A program made the position numbers and the translations under genes. This document shows positions 25,201 through 35,900 of a stretch of DNA of 64,000 nucleotides, piece by piece. The stretch comes from Rhynchobatus australiae (lineage: Eukaryota). The stretch spans positions 21,029,964-21,093,963 of the forward strand of contig JAUZTB010000068.1 in the NCBI GenBank assembly GCA_034780895.1. The letters run 5' to 3'. The notes below the pieces were generated by a model that worked only from the letters and a program-made list of their open reading frames with translations, was not told the origin of the DNA and ran no database searches. Numbering within the stretch: position 1 is the first letter of the stretch; every line of letters starts with the position of its first letter.

Positions 25201-28200
25201 TTTCAGAGATCTTTTCCCCCACTTTAGTAGTCAGTCTAATCTGACCTTTTTTTTCTCCTGTTCACTGTTGTCCTGTATTGTAAAGTGTTTCAAGGTGGCT
25301 TTTGATATGAGGAAGTCTATGTGTGAAAGTAAAATAATGCTTTGTGCATTACAATAGTGACTAAACCTTAAAAAAAAGAGTTCGCTAATTAAATTAGCTC
25401 TAAAAGGGGTCATTATGTTCAGTAATCTGACTGGCTGACAAACATGAACAAAATGACTTCATCAGGCAAAGTTTTGATTATTTTTTGTGTTATTGAGGGA
25501 AAATATTTTTTCCCTTGGCCCAAGACCATCATAATCAAAGGGTACCAATATAATTAACTGTAAAGTTCCACATCTATATATATGGAAGTCTGCCTGTCAC
25601 GCTGTGGTATAGGAAAACTATTGGAAATCTAGAGAGGGAAGAATTCAGATTCACAAACCTGTAGCTTTGAATCAGGAAAATACACTATGATATGAAAAAT
25701 TGGATCTCTTTTCTTTGAAGTTAGCTGAAGGTGGTTCAATATACCTTTCAAGTTGTTACAAGAACTCAGAAAACAATGCAACTTTTCTTGTAGAAAATTT
25801 ACCACAAACGACACAAACATGTCAGTCAGCACATACAGTATATGGTAACACTAAAATAAATGTTTGTCAAAATATGTTAAAACTATGTGTGTTTTTTTTC
25901 CTAAATGAGGATAGTAGAACTATGCTTAGAAGAGAGTGACTTTTAAGGTACTTACGGAATATTAAACAACAGTTCCTCATCATCGTCGCTTTCTACGTAC
26001 TGCAACAGAAAAGTTTCAAAATGCATTAAGTAATGAAAAGATTTCCTTTTATTCAGTTATGCTTCATGGTATTGCCAACTGTTATATTTCTCTAATCCTA
26101 ATATTCTGTAGTTCTATTCAATCAGCCACAGCAGTGGTTACAAAAGTGCTATGCAATAAAGTCTTGCATTCCAATCTATGATCATTAATCTAATTACACC
26201 AAAGTCCTCATTTACAAATAGTACTCTTTCTTTAAATTTAAATTACCTTTTCTCCCCCCTAGAGGTCCAACTTTCATTCAGAAATACGGTTGCAGTTTGG
26301 CACTGATTTTAGATCACGGCACTGACAATCCCGCTCCTTTGACCTTGTTCACCTCACATAGTCTTGTTATTCTCACACTACCTCAGATCAGAGAAAGGTC
26401 AATCTCTGATCAATTCCTTGCATTGCTCTCCATTCACAACCCCTTCCCCTTGAAATACAACACTTTCTGCACCTATCACTGGAAAACACACTTCCTCCAA
26501 ATTCACTTTTATTCACACACTTAAAATCTCAACAGATGAAGAGCCTTTAATTTGAAACTTTAACTTTATTTCTCTTCCCACAGATGAGGCCTAACCTTAT
26601 TTCCAGCATTTACTGTTTTTACTTTAGCTTTTCAGCATCTGCAGTTTTTATTTTCTGATTTTTGCCCTTGCATTGGCGCTGCTTTGACCATAACATTTCT
26701 GCAACAAACATTCTGCTCAGCTCATCACTTCTACCTCACTGATCTTTCTCACACTGGACACACCACGAGGTGCACCATTTTCTTCATTGCCTTGTCCTAA
26801 GGAGTGCATAGTGGACAGTTGATTTAGGTTATTCACTGCAGCCACAGTGCACCTGCTTAGTTCTGGATAGTGTTAAGTTTCCTGTGTGCTGTGGAGCAAC
26901 ACTCATGCAGACAAGTAGTGAGTGTTCCATTACACCAAGTGAAAAATCCAATTGTAGTATTTCTGGATGGGTATGCCACATTAAAAGTTGTCACAGGGGT
27001 CCTCCCCCAACTATTTTCTTCAATTGGTAACAGAGCTAATTCATAAATTGAAGACAATGCCCTGAAATTGCCAGCCATGCCCTGAAATCGCCAGCCATGC
27101 CCTGAAATCCTGTTCATCAGGAGATAAAATGGACACTATCTTCACCATGTGATGATACAAAAAAGATGGAGGGAGCAGCGTAAACAACTCTACAAGGCCT
27201 TTCTTGACCTTTCAAAAGCCTTGAATTCTCTGAACTTGGAGGCATTGGGGAAGATCAGTCTCAGATTTGGATGCCTTCAGAAATTTGTCTCCATTCTCTA
27301 ACTGTTACACAATGCTAGCCATAATCCTAATCAACGGGTTCAGTTCAAATCCAAACCCTGATCTGGGACAAGCAAGTCTGTGTCATCGATCCAACCTTCT
27401 TCTTAAATCACTCTCACCACAATATTGCACCTCATCTCCAAATTTCCACTGATGTGGGAAGTAGTTCAGGACAAATGGGAAATTGTTCAATAATTGTCAC
27501 CTCTACTTCAGAACCGAGTTTCTTATATTGGTCTGGTATTAATGTTCCTGAGTTTTGCTACCATTAAAGGTGGTACATAAAACATGTACTGGTTTTGTTT
27601 CCTACATAAAGTTCTCAGTATTTTTAAAAAATCCCAGTCTGAAATCACAAATGAGTGGTTCCAGTCTAGTTTCTTAATACAGCAGAACTGATAATGCAGT
27701 ACGTAGTGAACTATTGATTGACAACCAGTGGTTATATGTTAGGGTAAATATTTTGCAGGATTTATATTTCAACTTTTGCATAACTTGATTCTAGAAATCA
27801 TGAATTGGAATTGGTTTATTATTGTCACTTGTACCAAGGTACAGTGAAAAACTTGTCTTGCATACTGCTCATACAGATCAATTCGTTACACAGTGCATTG
27901 AGGTAGTACAAGGTAAAACAATGACAGAATGCACAATAACAGCCTCAGAGAAAGTGTAGTGCAGGTAGACAATAAGGTGCAAGGTCATAACGAGGTAGAT
28001 NNNNNNNNNNNNNNNNNNNNNNNNNNNNNNNNNNNNNNNNNNNNNNNNNNNNNNNNNNNNNNNNNNNNNNNNNNNNNNNNNNNNNNNNNNNNNNNNNNNN
28101 ACACAGTGCATTGAGGTAGTACAAGGTAAAACAATGACAGAATGCACAATAACAGCCTCAGAGAACGTGTAGTGCAGGTAGACAATAAGGTGCAAGGTCA

Positions 28201-30187
28201 TAACGAGGTAGATTGTGAGGTCAAGAGTCTATCTTCCGTACTAGGGAACCATTCAATCGGCTTATAACAGCAGGATAGAAGCTGTTCAAGTCTGGTAGTA
28301 CGTGCTTTCAGGCTTCTGTATTCTCAGCCCAACGGGACAGGGGAGACGAGGGGCTTCCATCATGTGCTGAGCTGTGTCCACAACTCTCTGCAGTTTCTTG
28401 CGATCACTGGAAGAGCAGTTGCCATATCAATCTGTGATGCATCCTGATAAGATGCTTTCTGTGATGCCGAATAGGATGTTTTCTAATGGTGCATCAATAA
28501 AGATTAGTGAGGGTTAACGGGAGCATGCCAAATTTCTTTAGCCTCCTGAGGAAGTAGAGGCACTGGTGAGCCTTCTTGGCCATGGTGTCGATGTGTTTGG
28601 GCCAGGACAGGCTATAGGCGATGTTCACTCCAAGGAACTTGAAGCTCTCAACCCTCTCGACCTCAGCACCGTTGATGTAGACAGGAGCATGACAGTAAAA
28701 CACTACTTGGACCCTAGGCTTAAAACTGGATATGACACTGGCATACCCAGGCAATTCAATCTTATAGTGTCTCCATTCACAGTATCAGGGGATTGATGCC
28801 AAAGCTGAGAGAAGTCCCCCAGGTAATAAAGCCTGACCTATCAATATCAGTCAGTTTTCTAATGCCAATGAAAAGGGCCCACAAATATCAAACCTTGGTG
28901 CAGTTTTTCCCCAGAGCAGGACAAACATCCTAACACAGGGCAGGGAAGTATACATTTACAAAAATATTCTCAATCTTATCTTCATGAAATCCCAGCCAGG
29001 TCCAGTAATTAGATGCATCTGTTGTTTTTTAAGCTACTGCATTCCACATTATAGCAGTCCACTGTGTAAAAAGACCCTCACAGTTTGCCCTCAATTTTTG
29101 AGTTATAGTCCAAAGATGGTGTGAACCTTGAATCTGGAATACAGCCCAGGAACAGGCTCTTTGGCACAGTATACCTGCACTGACGATGATGCCATTTTAA
29201 ACTAATCCTGTCTGCCTGCACATAGTCCACATCTCTCCATTTTCTACTTGTTCATCTGTCTAAAAGCCTCTTAAACATTGCTATTGTATCTGCTTCTACC
29301 ACCTCCCCTGGCGGTACGTTCCAGGCATCTACCACTCCCAGAGTAAAAGAAAACAGCCTCACACATCCTCTTTTAAACTTTCCCCCTTCTCACCTTCAAT
29401 CTGCACCCTCTAGTATTTGACATTTCCACCCTGGTGTGAGAGATGAGTTTGATTAAACTGCCAGAGCCCTGGGAGTTAACTTGCAGAAGACATATATAAC
29501 ACAGGACANNNNNNNNNNNNNNNNNNNNNNNNNNNNNNNNNNNNNNNNNNNNNNNNNNNNNNNNNNNNNNNNNNNNNNNNNNNNNNNNNNNNNNNNNNNN
29601 NNNNNNNNACGTGTGTCTCAAGAGGGAGAGGCACCCGACTCTGCAGACTCGTAAATAAATGGTTTTCTTGATTCCACGACTTTGTCTCTGGCATGGTGAT
29701 TGTGAGCACAGATTATATCTCACACTGGAAATAAGACACTGACTATCTACCCTCTCTATGGCTCTTATAATTTTATATACTTCTATCAGGTCACCTCATG
29801 ATTTGCTTCTAGGCACTCCTTACTCTACACAAATAAAAGAGTTCAATTTTTGCCAGATTTACTGCAACAACCTTAACTTGATACCTGTTTTTTTTTTCTG
29901 ATAAAATATGGCAATGTGCATCAAGCAACCTTTAGCTCTCAGCCGCAGTGTGAACCCGGTGGTAATGTGGATGATTCGAGAGCTGCTGCCGGTTGTACCT
30001 TAGTGCGGTCCTGCCTCTCCTCCCAGGGCTTGAAGACCAGTTTGCCAGAACCCTCACTGGACTCGTTCAGACACTCCAACCTCTCACGATCGATCTTCTT
30101 GAAGAGGCCGTACTCCATGCCTGTCTCGGCAGGGTCGTGGTGCCCCTCGCACGAACACGGGCCATGACCATGCCTGTGGCCAGACAT
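22104..30187 (-). CDS. PITHD1: PITH domain-containing protein 1, spliced gene (6 exons, 627 nt, 208 aa)
   Basis: Exons 30187-29999, 25999-25956, 24951-24874, 23728-23624, 22969-22861, 22205-22104 join in frame: MSGHRHGHGPCSC...ECLNE...VFKPWEER..YVESDDDEELLFNIPFTGNVKLKG...HPSEMRLYKN...YIGLRGEW...YEASANPTDH...HFIA*. Confidence 0.97.
22861..22969 (-). CDS. PITHD1: PITHD1 exon 5
   Basis: 109 nt; VARFSSVYHLSIHIAKNFGAETSKIYYIGLRGEWSE|gtgagt. Confidence 0.95.
23624..23728 (-). CDS. PITHD1: PITHD1 exon 4
   Basis: 105 nt; YKNIPHMSFDDTGREPDQVFKMNRDVTGVLEYTT(K); only the G of the donor is visible before an N gap. Confidence 0.93.
24874..24951 (-). CDS. PITHD1: PITHD1 exon 3
   Basis: 78 nt; FTGNVKLKGIIVMGEDDNTHPSEMR(L)|gtaagt. 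Confidence 0.95.
25956..25999 (-). CDS. PITHD1: PITHD1 exon 2
   Basis: 44 nt; YVESDDDEELLFNI(P)|gtaagt. Confidence 0.95.
27057..27109. repeat. 20-bp tandem repeat, about 2.6 copies
   Basis: atgccctgaaatYgccagcc twice plus a partial third unit. Confidence 0.85.
27130..27520 (+). mobile_element. Decayed RTE-type LINE RT fragment
   Basis: ctctacaaggcctttcttgacctttcaaaagcc = LYKAFLDLSKA, then tttggatgc = FGC; typical RTE RT motifs. Confidence 0.6.
27806..28700 (-). mobile_element. Rex1/Babar- or L2-type LINE 3' fragment
   Basis: ORF 28494-28754 contains VERVESFKFLGVNI...W..HI....KKAHQCLYFLRRLKKFG; the 3' tail ends in AATAAA plus a short repeat, and the same tail occurs at about 63141-63330. 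Confidence 0.8.
29135..29790 (-). mobile_element. CR1 LINE 3' fragment interrupted by a solo LTR
   Basis: Minus-strand RVEMSNTRGCRLKVRRGK and [10 protein letters not shown] motifs lie either side of the LTR. Confidence 0.75.
29435..29724 (+). mobile_element. Solo LTR (family A), 4-bp TSD CTGG
   Basis: TGTGAGA...TCTCACA termini; CTGG at 29431-29434 and 29725-29728; near-identical to 17424-17809 where sequence is visible. Confidence 0.88.
29999..30187 (-). CDS. PITHD1: PITHD1 exon 1 (coding part)
   Basis: 189 nt; MSGHRHGHGPCSCEGHHDPAETGMEYGLFKKIDRERLECLNESSEGSGKLVFKPWEERQDRTK|gtacaa. Confidence 0.95.
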
Positions 30188-30640
30188 CCTCGCTCCAGCC
30201 TGTTGTTATGCCGCAAAACGTGTTGGCACAACTGTCGCACAAGGAACCGCCCCGCCCCTGATCACGTGGCACGGCCGGCATGTGATAGAGCACTTGCACA
30301 TCCCCCATCTTTGTACGGCGGCTGGCTAACGTGTTGTAATCTGAGGGTGCCCGATTCCATCTGAAACACAGTAGTTGTAATAATAACTGTCTCGCTACAA
30401 CATGTAAAAGATTATATTTGCGTGAAAGCGTTAGCATCGAAGCGCCGAACCAGATCAGCGATGACGCAAACGCCTAAAAACAATTTAGGTATTTATGAAG
30501 ACTTTGTGCGGTGGAGAGTGGGTTGGAACAGCTGTCGTAGAGTTGTACAGCTCAGAGCCGGGCCCCTCGGACCATCACGTCCATGCTGCCCGGTCAGACA
30601 GAAGACAAAGTGTTGCTGCCTCGAGAACGGCTAAGTGGTC
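30188..30640 (-). promoter_or_regulatory. PITHD1 promoter / 5' UTR, CpG-rich
   Basis: Tandem GC boxes CCGCCCCGCCCC at about 30247-30258; E-boxes CACGTG 30263-30268 and CATGTG 30279-30284. Confidence 0.7.
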
Positions 30641-32885
30641 AAATCCAATTTAATTTCAATAAAATCCCAAAGCTCTGAGAAAATATCAGTTTGTTCTTTA
30701 TTTTTAAGGCCATTGCCTTTTTCGTTTCGCTCAAGCTTGGTAATAATTACGAAATAACTTTTAATTCAGCTTTCATTTTTCTTTTTGGTTAGTCTTCCTT
30801 GTCCCTTCGGCCAAGTGCTATCTGAGAAAAAAAATCATACTCACTCTCCCATCAATCCTTAAATTACAGGCTTGAATGAGTAATATATAAACGCGCTGGA
30901 GGAACTCAGCGGGTCAGGTAGCATCGAGCAGGGGAAATGGACAGTCGACGTTTCGAGGCGTGACTCTTCATCTGGTCAATCATTTTTAAAAACTCTGAAT
31001 TACGTAAATTGCAGAATGCTATTTTTGCAAGATTAACAAAAATAAATATAACTATTGAAATATGTTTCAAAATAACATTGGTACGTTTGGAATTAAGGGT
31101 AGGCAAGATGGATGTTGCCAGTCGGGAATAACTAAGGAAATAGTTGATCAAATAATGTCGTTAGTTCAAATTAACAATAACTGCCCAGCTTTCTGTTCAC
31201 TCATATCTCAGTTATCAAAAAATAAACCACTTTTGTTCATATTAAATCGTTTCCTTAATTTGCAACACATCTACTGAAATGAAAAATCAATTACTAATTT
31301 TTGATTAATGCACAACGCTTTACAAAGATGCAATATGGAAGATGTGACACACAACGCATTGGGGAAAAACACATACAAATGTATGTATTCACATTGTTTT
31401 AATTCAATACAACTTGTAGGTCAGACATCAGGATTATGTACATTATAATTTCCAACCAGTCTGTACATGTATGGACAATTACAATTAGAAATTTGACACT
31501 TAAATCAGTTGTTTCTAATAGTAGTTCATTTATTAAATGAAAATTTTCATTAAATTTCATTCTCAGTATGTGATTTGCTGGCAAGGCCATTTTTATTGCC
31601 CATCCCAATACCCCTGAGCCAATCCACCTACATTATGCAGTAGCAGTTTGATACACGAGGGTGGCTTGGTAAATCACCTCAAAAAGGTTAAAATCACCCT
31701 GTTAATATGGAACTGTAGTCATTAACAAACCAGTTAATAATGGCAGCTTTCCTTCCTTAAAAAGGATTATTTTTAATTTTGAGAATTATATACACAATTA
31801 TTAATAGATACTAATATTAAATTGACTTTAATATTTAAAAAGTTTACACAGTATATTCAGAATGTACAGTAACATGCAAAATCAACACATTTTCTTTACA
31901 AAAGATGATTGCATCATGGAAGAAAGTAGGACATCTATGACTTAACTTTTTAAGGCAGAAAGTTTGGATCGGCANNNNNNNNNNNNNNNNNNNNNNNNNN
32001 NNNNNNNNNNNNNNNNNNNNNNNNNNNNNNNNNNNNNNAATGGAAAATAACCTATCAAAAACTCTGCAAATTGAAAAATACTATTTCCGCAAGGCTGTTA
32101 AGTTGATTAAACTAATATTAATATAAATATAATAAACAAACATTTTTATTCTCAGTTTTTAAAAATGACTAAACAGAACAGCTTTGTCAAGAATTTTAAC
32201 AGTCTCTATCCTCAGTGTTTATATCCGTCAGCATACAATGCAGATCTTTAGACTTTTTAAAACCTTTGAAGCAGCATTGTCAGCAATGCACAAGCACAGG
32301 AGTTAATTACCTTCCTAACTGTAGAAGATAAACGGGCCCTGTGATACCTGTAATACAGAGGGAAAACCTCTCTGTACTAATCAGCAAATTTATGCAACAG
32401 CAAACAGCTGCAATTTCTGGATGATACCTGCACCAAGACATACCTTTTCATTAAATCGTACGAAAAGAATGTATTTTCTCCAAAATCTAGCTCAAGATTA
32501 TACATAAAAATCACATGTTTAGGATTATATTCAATTAAGAGCAAATCTTCCTCTATAACATTTCAATGGCATATAATGGAAGAATAACTTCAAAAGTGAA
32601 GAAAAGTTACTTTGTTTCCTGCTTCTTTAATTTTTAATGTTAATTGCGGGTTTACAGAGAACCTTCTCCCAATATTATGCAAGTAAATGTTTGTGTATTT
32701 TGAGGGGTTTGTCAGTATTCAGAGGGTAAATCGGCAGTTGTCAAAATTCTCACTTGCTACTTCTATTTCGAATGTGATTCAAACTTAAACAGAAGATACA
32801 CTGCCATAGTTTTGTTTTAGCCAGACAGCTGTGCACATTTCTATGGTGTACGTTCATCCAGCTCGTGCTTATTATTTACTGATCA

Positions 32886-32987
32886 TTATAACTTGCAAGA
32901 TGCTTGAGCGACTTTGGAGCTGGTTTTCCTCTTCAAAGCATTGCAGATGAACGCACCAGCCTCCATTAATTTCTGCAGATCCACCCC
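32886..32987 (-). CDS. HMGCL: HMGCL last exon (PTS1 CKL)
   Basis: tttttag|GGG...TTA TAA = [33 protein letters not shown]. Confidence 0.95.
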   Translation of the reverse strand, partial: GVDLQKLMEAGAFICNALKRKTSSKVAQASCKL

Positions 32988-35900
32988 CTAAAAATACATT
33001 GCAAAAAGGTTTGGTTCAGTCAAAGTTTAACATCTTTTTCATCTAGAAAGACTACTGACTTGTATCTTTACAGCAGTTATACGACAATAATAATGGAAGT
33101 GTTGATTAATCATAGCAACCAATCTACAATCAGCAATGTCCAGAAATGACAAGGCAAATCCCAGCAGTAGGAAAATGTTTGGGACAACTAATCCTAATCA
33201 CACTGAACTTTTCAAATGTCACGAATCAAACTATTGAAACTTCATAACAGTAAGTTTAAAATTCATTAAACAGAACCATCTGGAAAACATTCTTGTTACT
33301 TGAGAAAAATTAGTGATACATCATGGCATCATACTGTGCTCAAATACAGAGTAAACATTTGGCAGTCATAAGGAGGCTTAGAATGGAAATATGAAAGAAA
33401 ATTACTTTGCTTAGACATGTTTATAATCATACAAAATTGAGGACATTTAAAAATTGTAATTTAACTTTTTGCGCTCACTTTAACAAAAAAGAGTTCCTGC
33501 AAAAATTCATCATTCACTAACCATTCTCAGTGAGTTATGTTCAGATCTACAGTATATTGACTGGCTTTACCTGCTTGATGCTACCCCAGCTGATTAAATA
33601 CCCTTTGAAATTTACAATCAAGAAGTTTTCAGATGACACTGAAATAGCTGCAATAGTGGACAATGAAGGTTATCAAAATTTACTCAGTTGATCAAGATTC
33701 CCCTGTAAGTGGGCCGAGAAATGCAAATAGAGTTTAATTTGGATCAGTGTGAGGTGTTGCATTTTGGAAAGTCAAATCCAGGTAGGACTTTCACAGTGAA
33801 TGGCAGGGTCCCGAGGAGTGTTGTAGAACAGAGGGGCGTGGGAGTACAAGTACATAGTTCACTGAAAGTGGAGTCACAGGTAGATAAGGTGGTGAAAATG
33901 ACTTTTGGCATGCTGGTCTTCAAAATTCAGGGCATTGAGCATAAAAATTGGGAGGTTATGGTGTGGTTGTACAGGACACTGGCAAGGCCGCACTTTGAAT
34001 ATTGTGTTCAGTTTTGGTCGCCTTGCCATAGGAAAAATGTTATTAAACAAGAGTGCAGAAAAGATTTACTAGGATGCTGCCAGGACCTGAGGGACTGAGT
34101 TATAGGGAGAGGTTGGACGGGCTAGGACTTTGTTCCTCGGAGCGTAGGAGACTTAGAGGTGATCTTATAGAAGTGTATAAAATCACGAGGGGCATAGATA
34201 AAGTGAATGTACTCAGTCTTCCCACCTCCTCCTCCCCTGCCCCAGAGTTGGGGTATCAGGAACTAGAGGGCATAGGTTTAAAGGTGAGAGAGCAAAGATT
34301 TAAGAGGAACTTGAGGGGCAACATTTTTTTTAATTACACAAAGGATGGTATCTATATGGAAACGGTTGCCAGAGGAAGTGGTTTAGGCAGTAGAATAGCA
34401 ACTTTTAAAAAACAGTTGTACAGGTACATGGATTGGAAAGGTTTAGTAGATTATGGGCCAAACATTGGCAAATGGCACTAGCTTGGATGGGCATCTTGGG
34501 TGGCATGGACACATTGGGCCCAAGGGTCTGTTTCCATGCAGTATAACTCTATGCCTCTACAATCCATTAAAATTATTGCTGTGTTTTGTTTTGTCTCATA
34601 CGCAAATCAACAGAAGTAAATTCTCCCCAAAACTGAAATCCAGAATAGCATAAAGACAGCAATTACTTGGCATTAAGTTCAACTAGGGTGCCACCCCTAA
34701 GCCAGCTCCAACAATTGGTACTAAATAACATTGGTTTAGGTACCTGGACTTAATAATTTAACTTGTTTTTAAAACTGCAGTACTGAGTGCTACAACTAGA
34801 TACAACCATACTACTAAACNNNNNNNNNNNNNNNNNNNNNNNNNNNNNNNNNNNNNNNNNNNNNNNNNNNNNNNNNNNNNNNNNNNNNNNNNNNNNNNNN
34901 NNNNNNNNNNNNNNNNNNNNNNNNNNNNNNNNNNNNNNNNNNNNNNNNNNNNNNNNNNNNNNNNNNNNNNNNNNNNNNNNNNNNNNNNNNNNNNNNNNNN
35001 NNNNNNNNNNNNNNNNNNNNNNNNNNNNNNNNNNNNNNNNNNNNNNNNNNNNNNNNNNNNNNNNNNNNNNNNNNNNNNNNNNNNNNNNNNNNNNNNNNNN
35101 NNNNNNNNNNNNNNNNNNNNNNNNNNNNNNNNNNNNNNNNNNNNNNNNNNNNNNNNNNNNNNNNNNNNNNNNNNNNNNNNNNNNNNNNNNNNNNNNNNNN
35201 NNNNNNNNNNNNNNNNNNNNNNNNNNNNNNNNNNNNNNNNNNNNNNNNNNNNNNNNNNNNNNNNNNNNNNNNNNNNNNNNNNNNNNNNNNNNNNNNNNNN
35301 NNNNNNNNNNNNNNNNNNNNNNNNNNNNNNNNNNNNNNNNNNNNNNNNNNNNNNNNNNNNNNNNNNNNNNNNNNNNNNNNNNNNNNNNNNNNNNNNNNNN
35401 NNNNNNNNNNNNNNNNNNATAAGTAGTTATTAATAAAGTAGTTTTTAACATTTATACATGTCTCGGTGTGTTTCTTTTGTTGCTGGTACGTAACAATAGT
35501 TAGAAGGTGCTCAAATCAATTCAACCTCACAATCCATTTGACCTCTGTAGCTACCCAATTACGAAGAAGTATGGTGTCATGTTTTAGTTCATTTTTTGAA
35601 CTGGCTAACAGTATTACTTTGCACACAAACCAAGATGACGAGGGCACTTGGCCCTTTGAGCCAGCTCAGCCATTTAATAAGATCACGGCTAATCTAAATG
35701 TAACCTCAACTCTGTGTTCCCATCTACTGTGATAATATTTCACCCCTTTTGTTCATCAGTAATCTATATACTTCTGACTTAAAAATATTCACTCTTTTTC
35801 CACTACCCTTTGAGGAAGAGCGTTTCAAAAACTCTCAACCCTCAGACAAGAAAATGTTGCCTCTTCTCAATCTTAAATGGGTAGTCTCTCATTTTTAAAC

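Noticed and set aside
27889-28212. Apparent tandem duplications on both sides of 100-N gaps (also near 8532-8688, 19654-19777, 24256-24413, 43168-43284, 63265-63564)
   Set aside because: Near-identical sequence on each side of a fixed-size gap is the signature of unmerged overlapping contig ends, not real repeats.
17424-29724. The two LTRs as ends of one 12-kb provirus that captured PITHD1
   Set aside because: Each LTR has its own matching TSD (GTAG versus CTGG), and the interior is an intron-containing host gene with no gag/pol.
34684-34715. Minus-strand AGLG text as a candidate HMGCL exon 8
   Set aside because: It continues VAP* rather than GCPY and lacks the upstream VDSSV.
34750-35451. 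Long ORFs in the track that are mostly X (also near 1110, 23201, 37485, 38366, 48168)
   Set aside because: Artefacts of translating N gaps; only the sub-segments matching PITHD1 or HMGCL exons are real.
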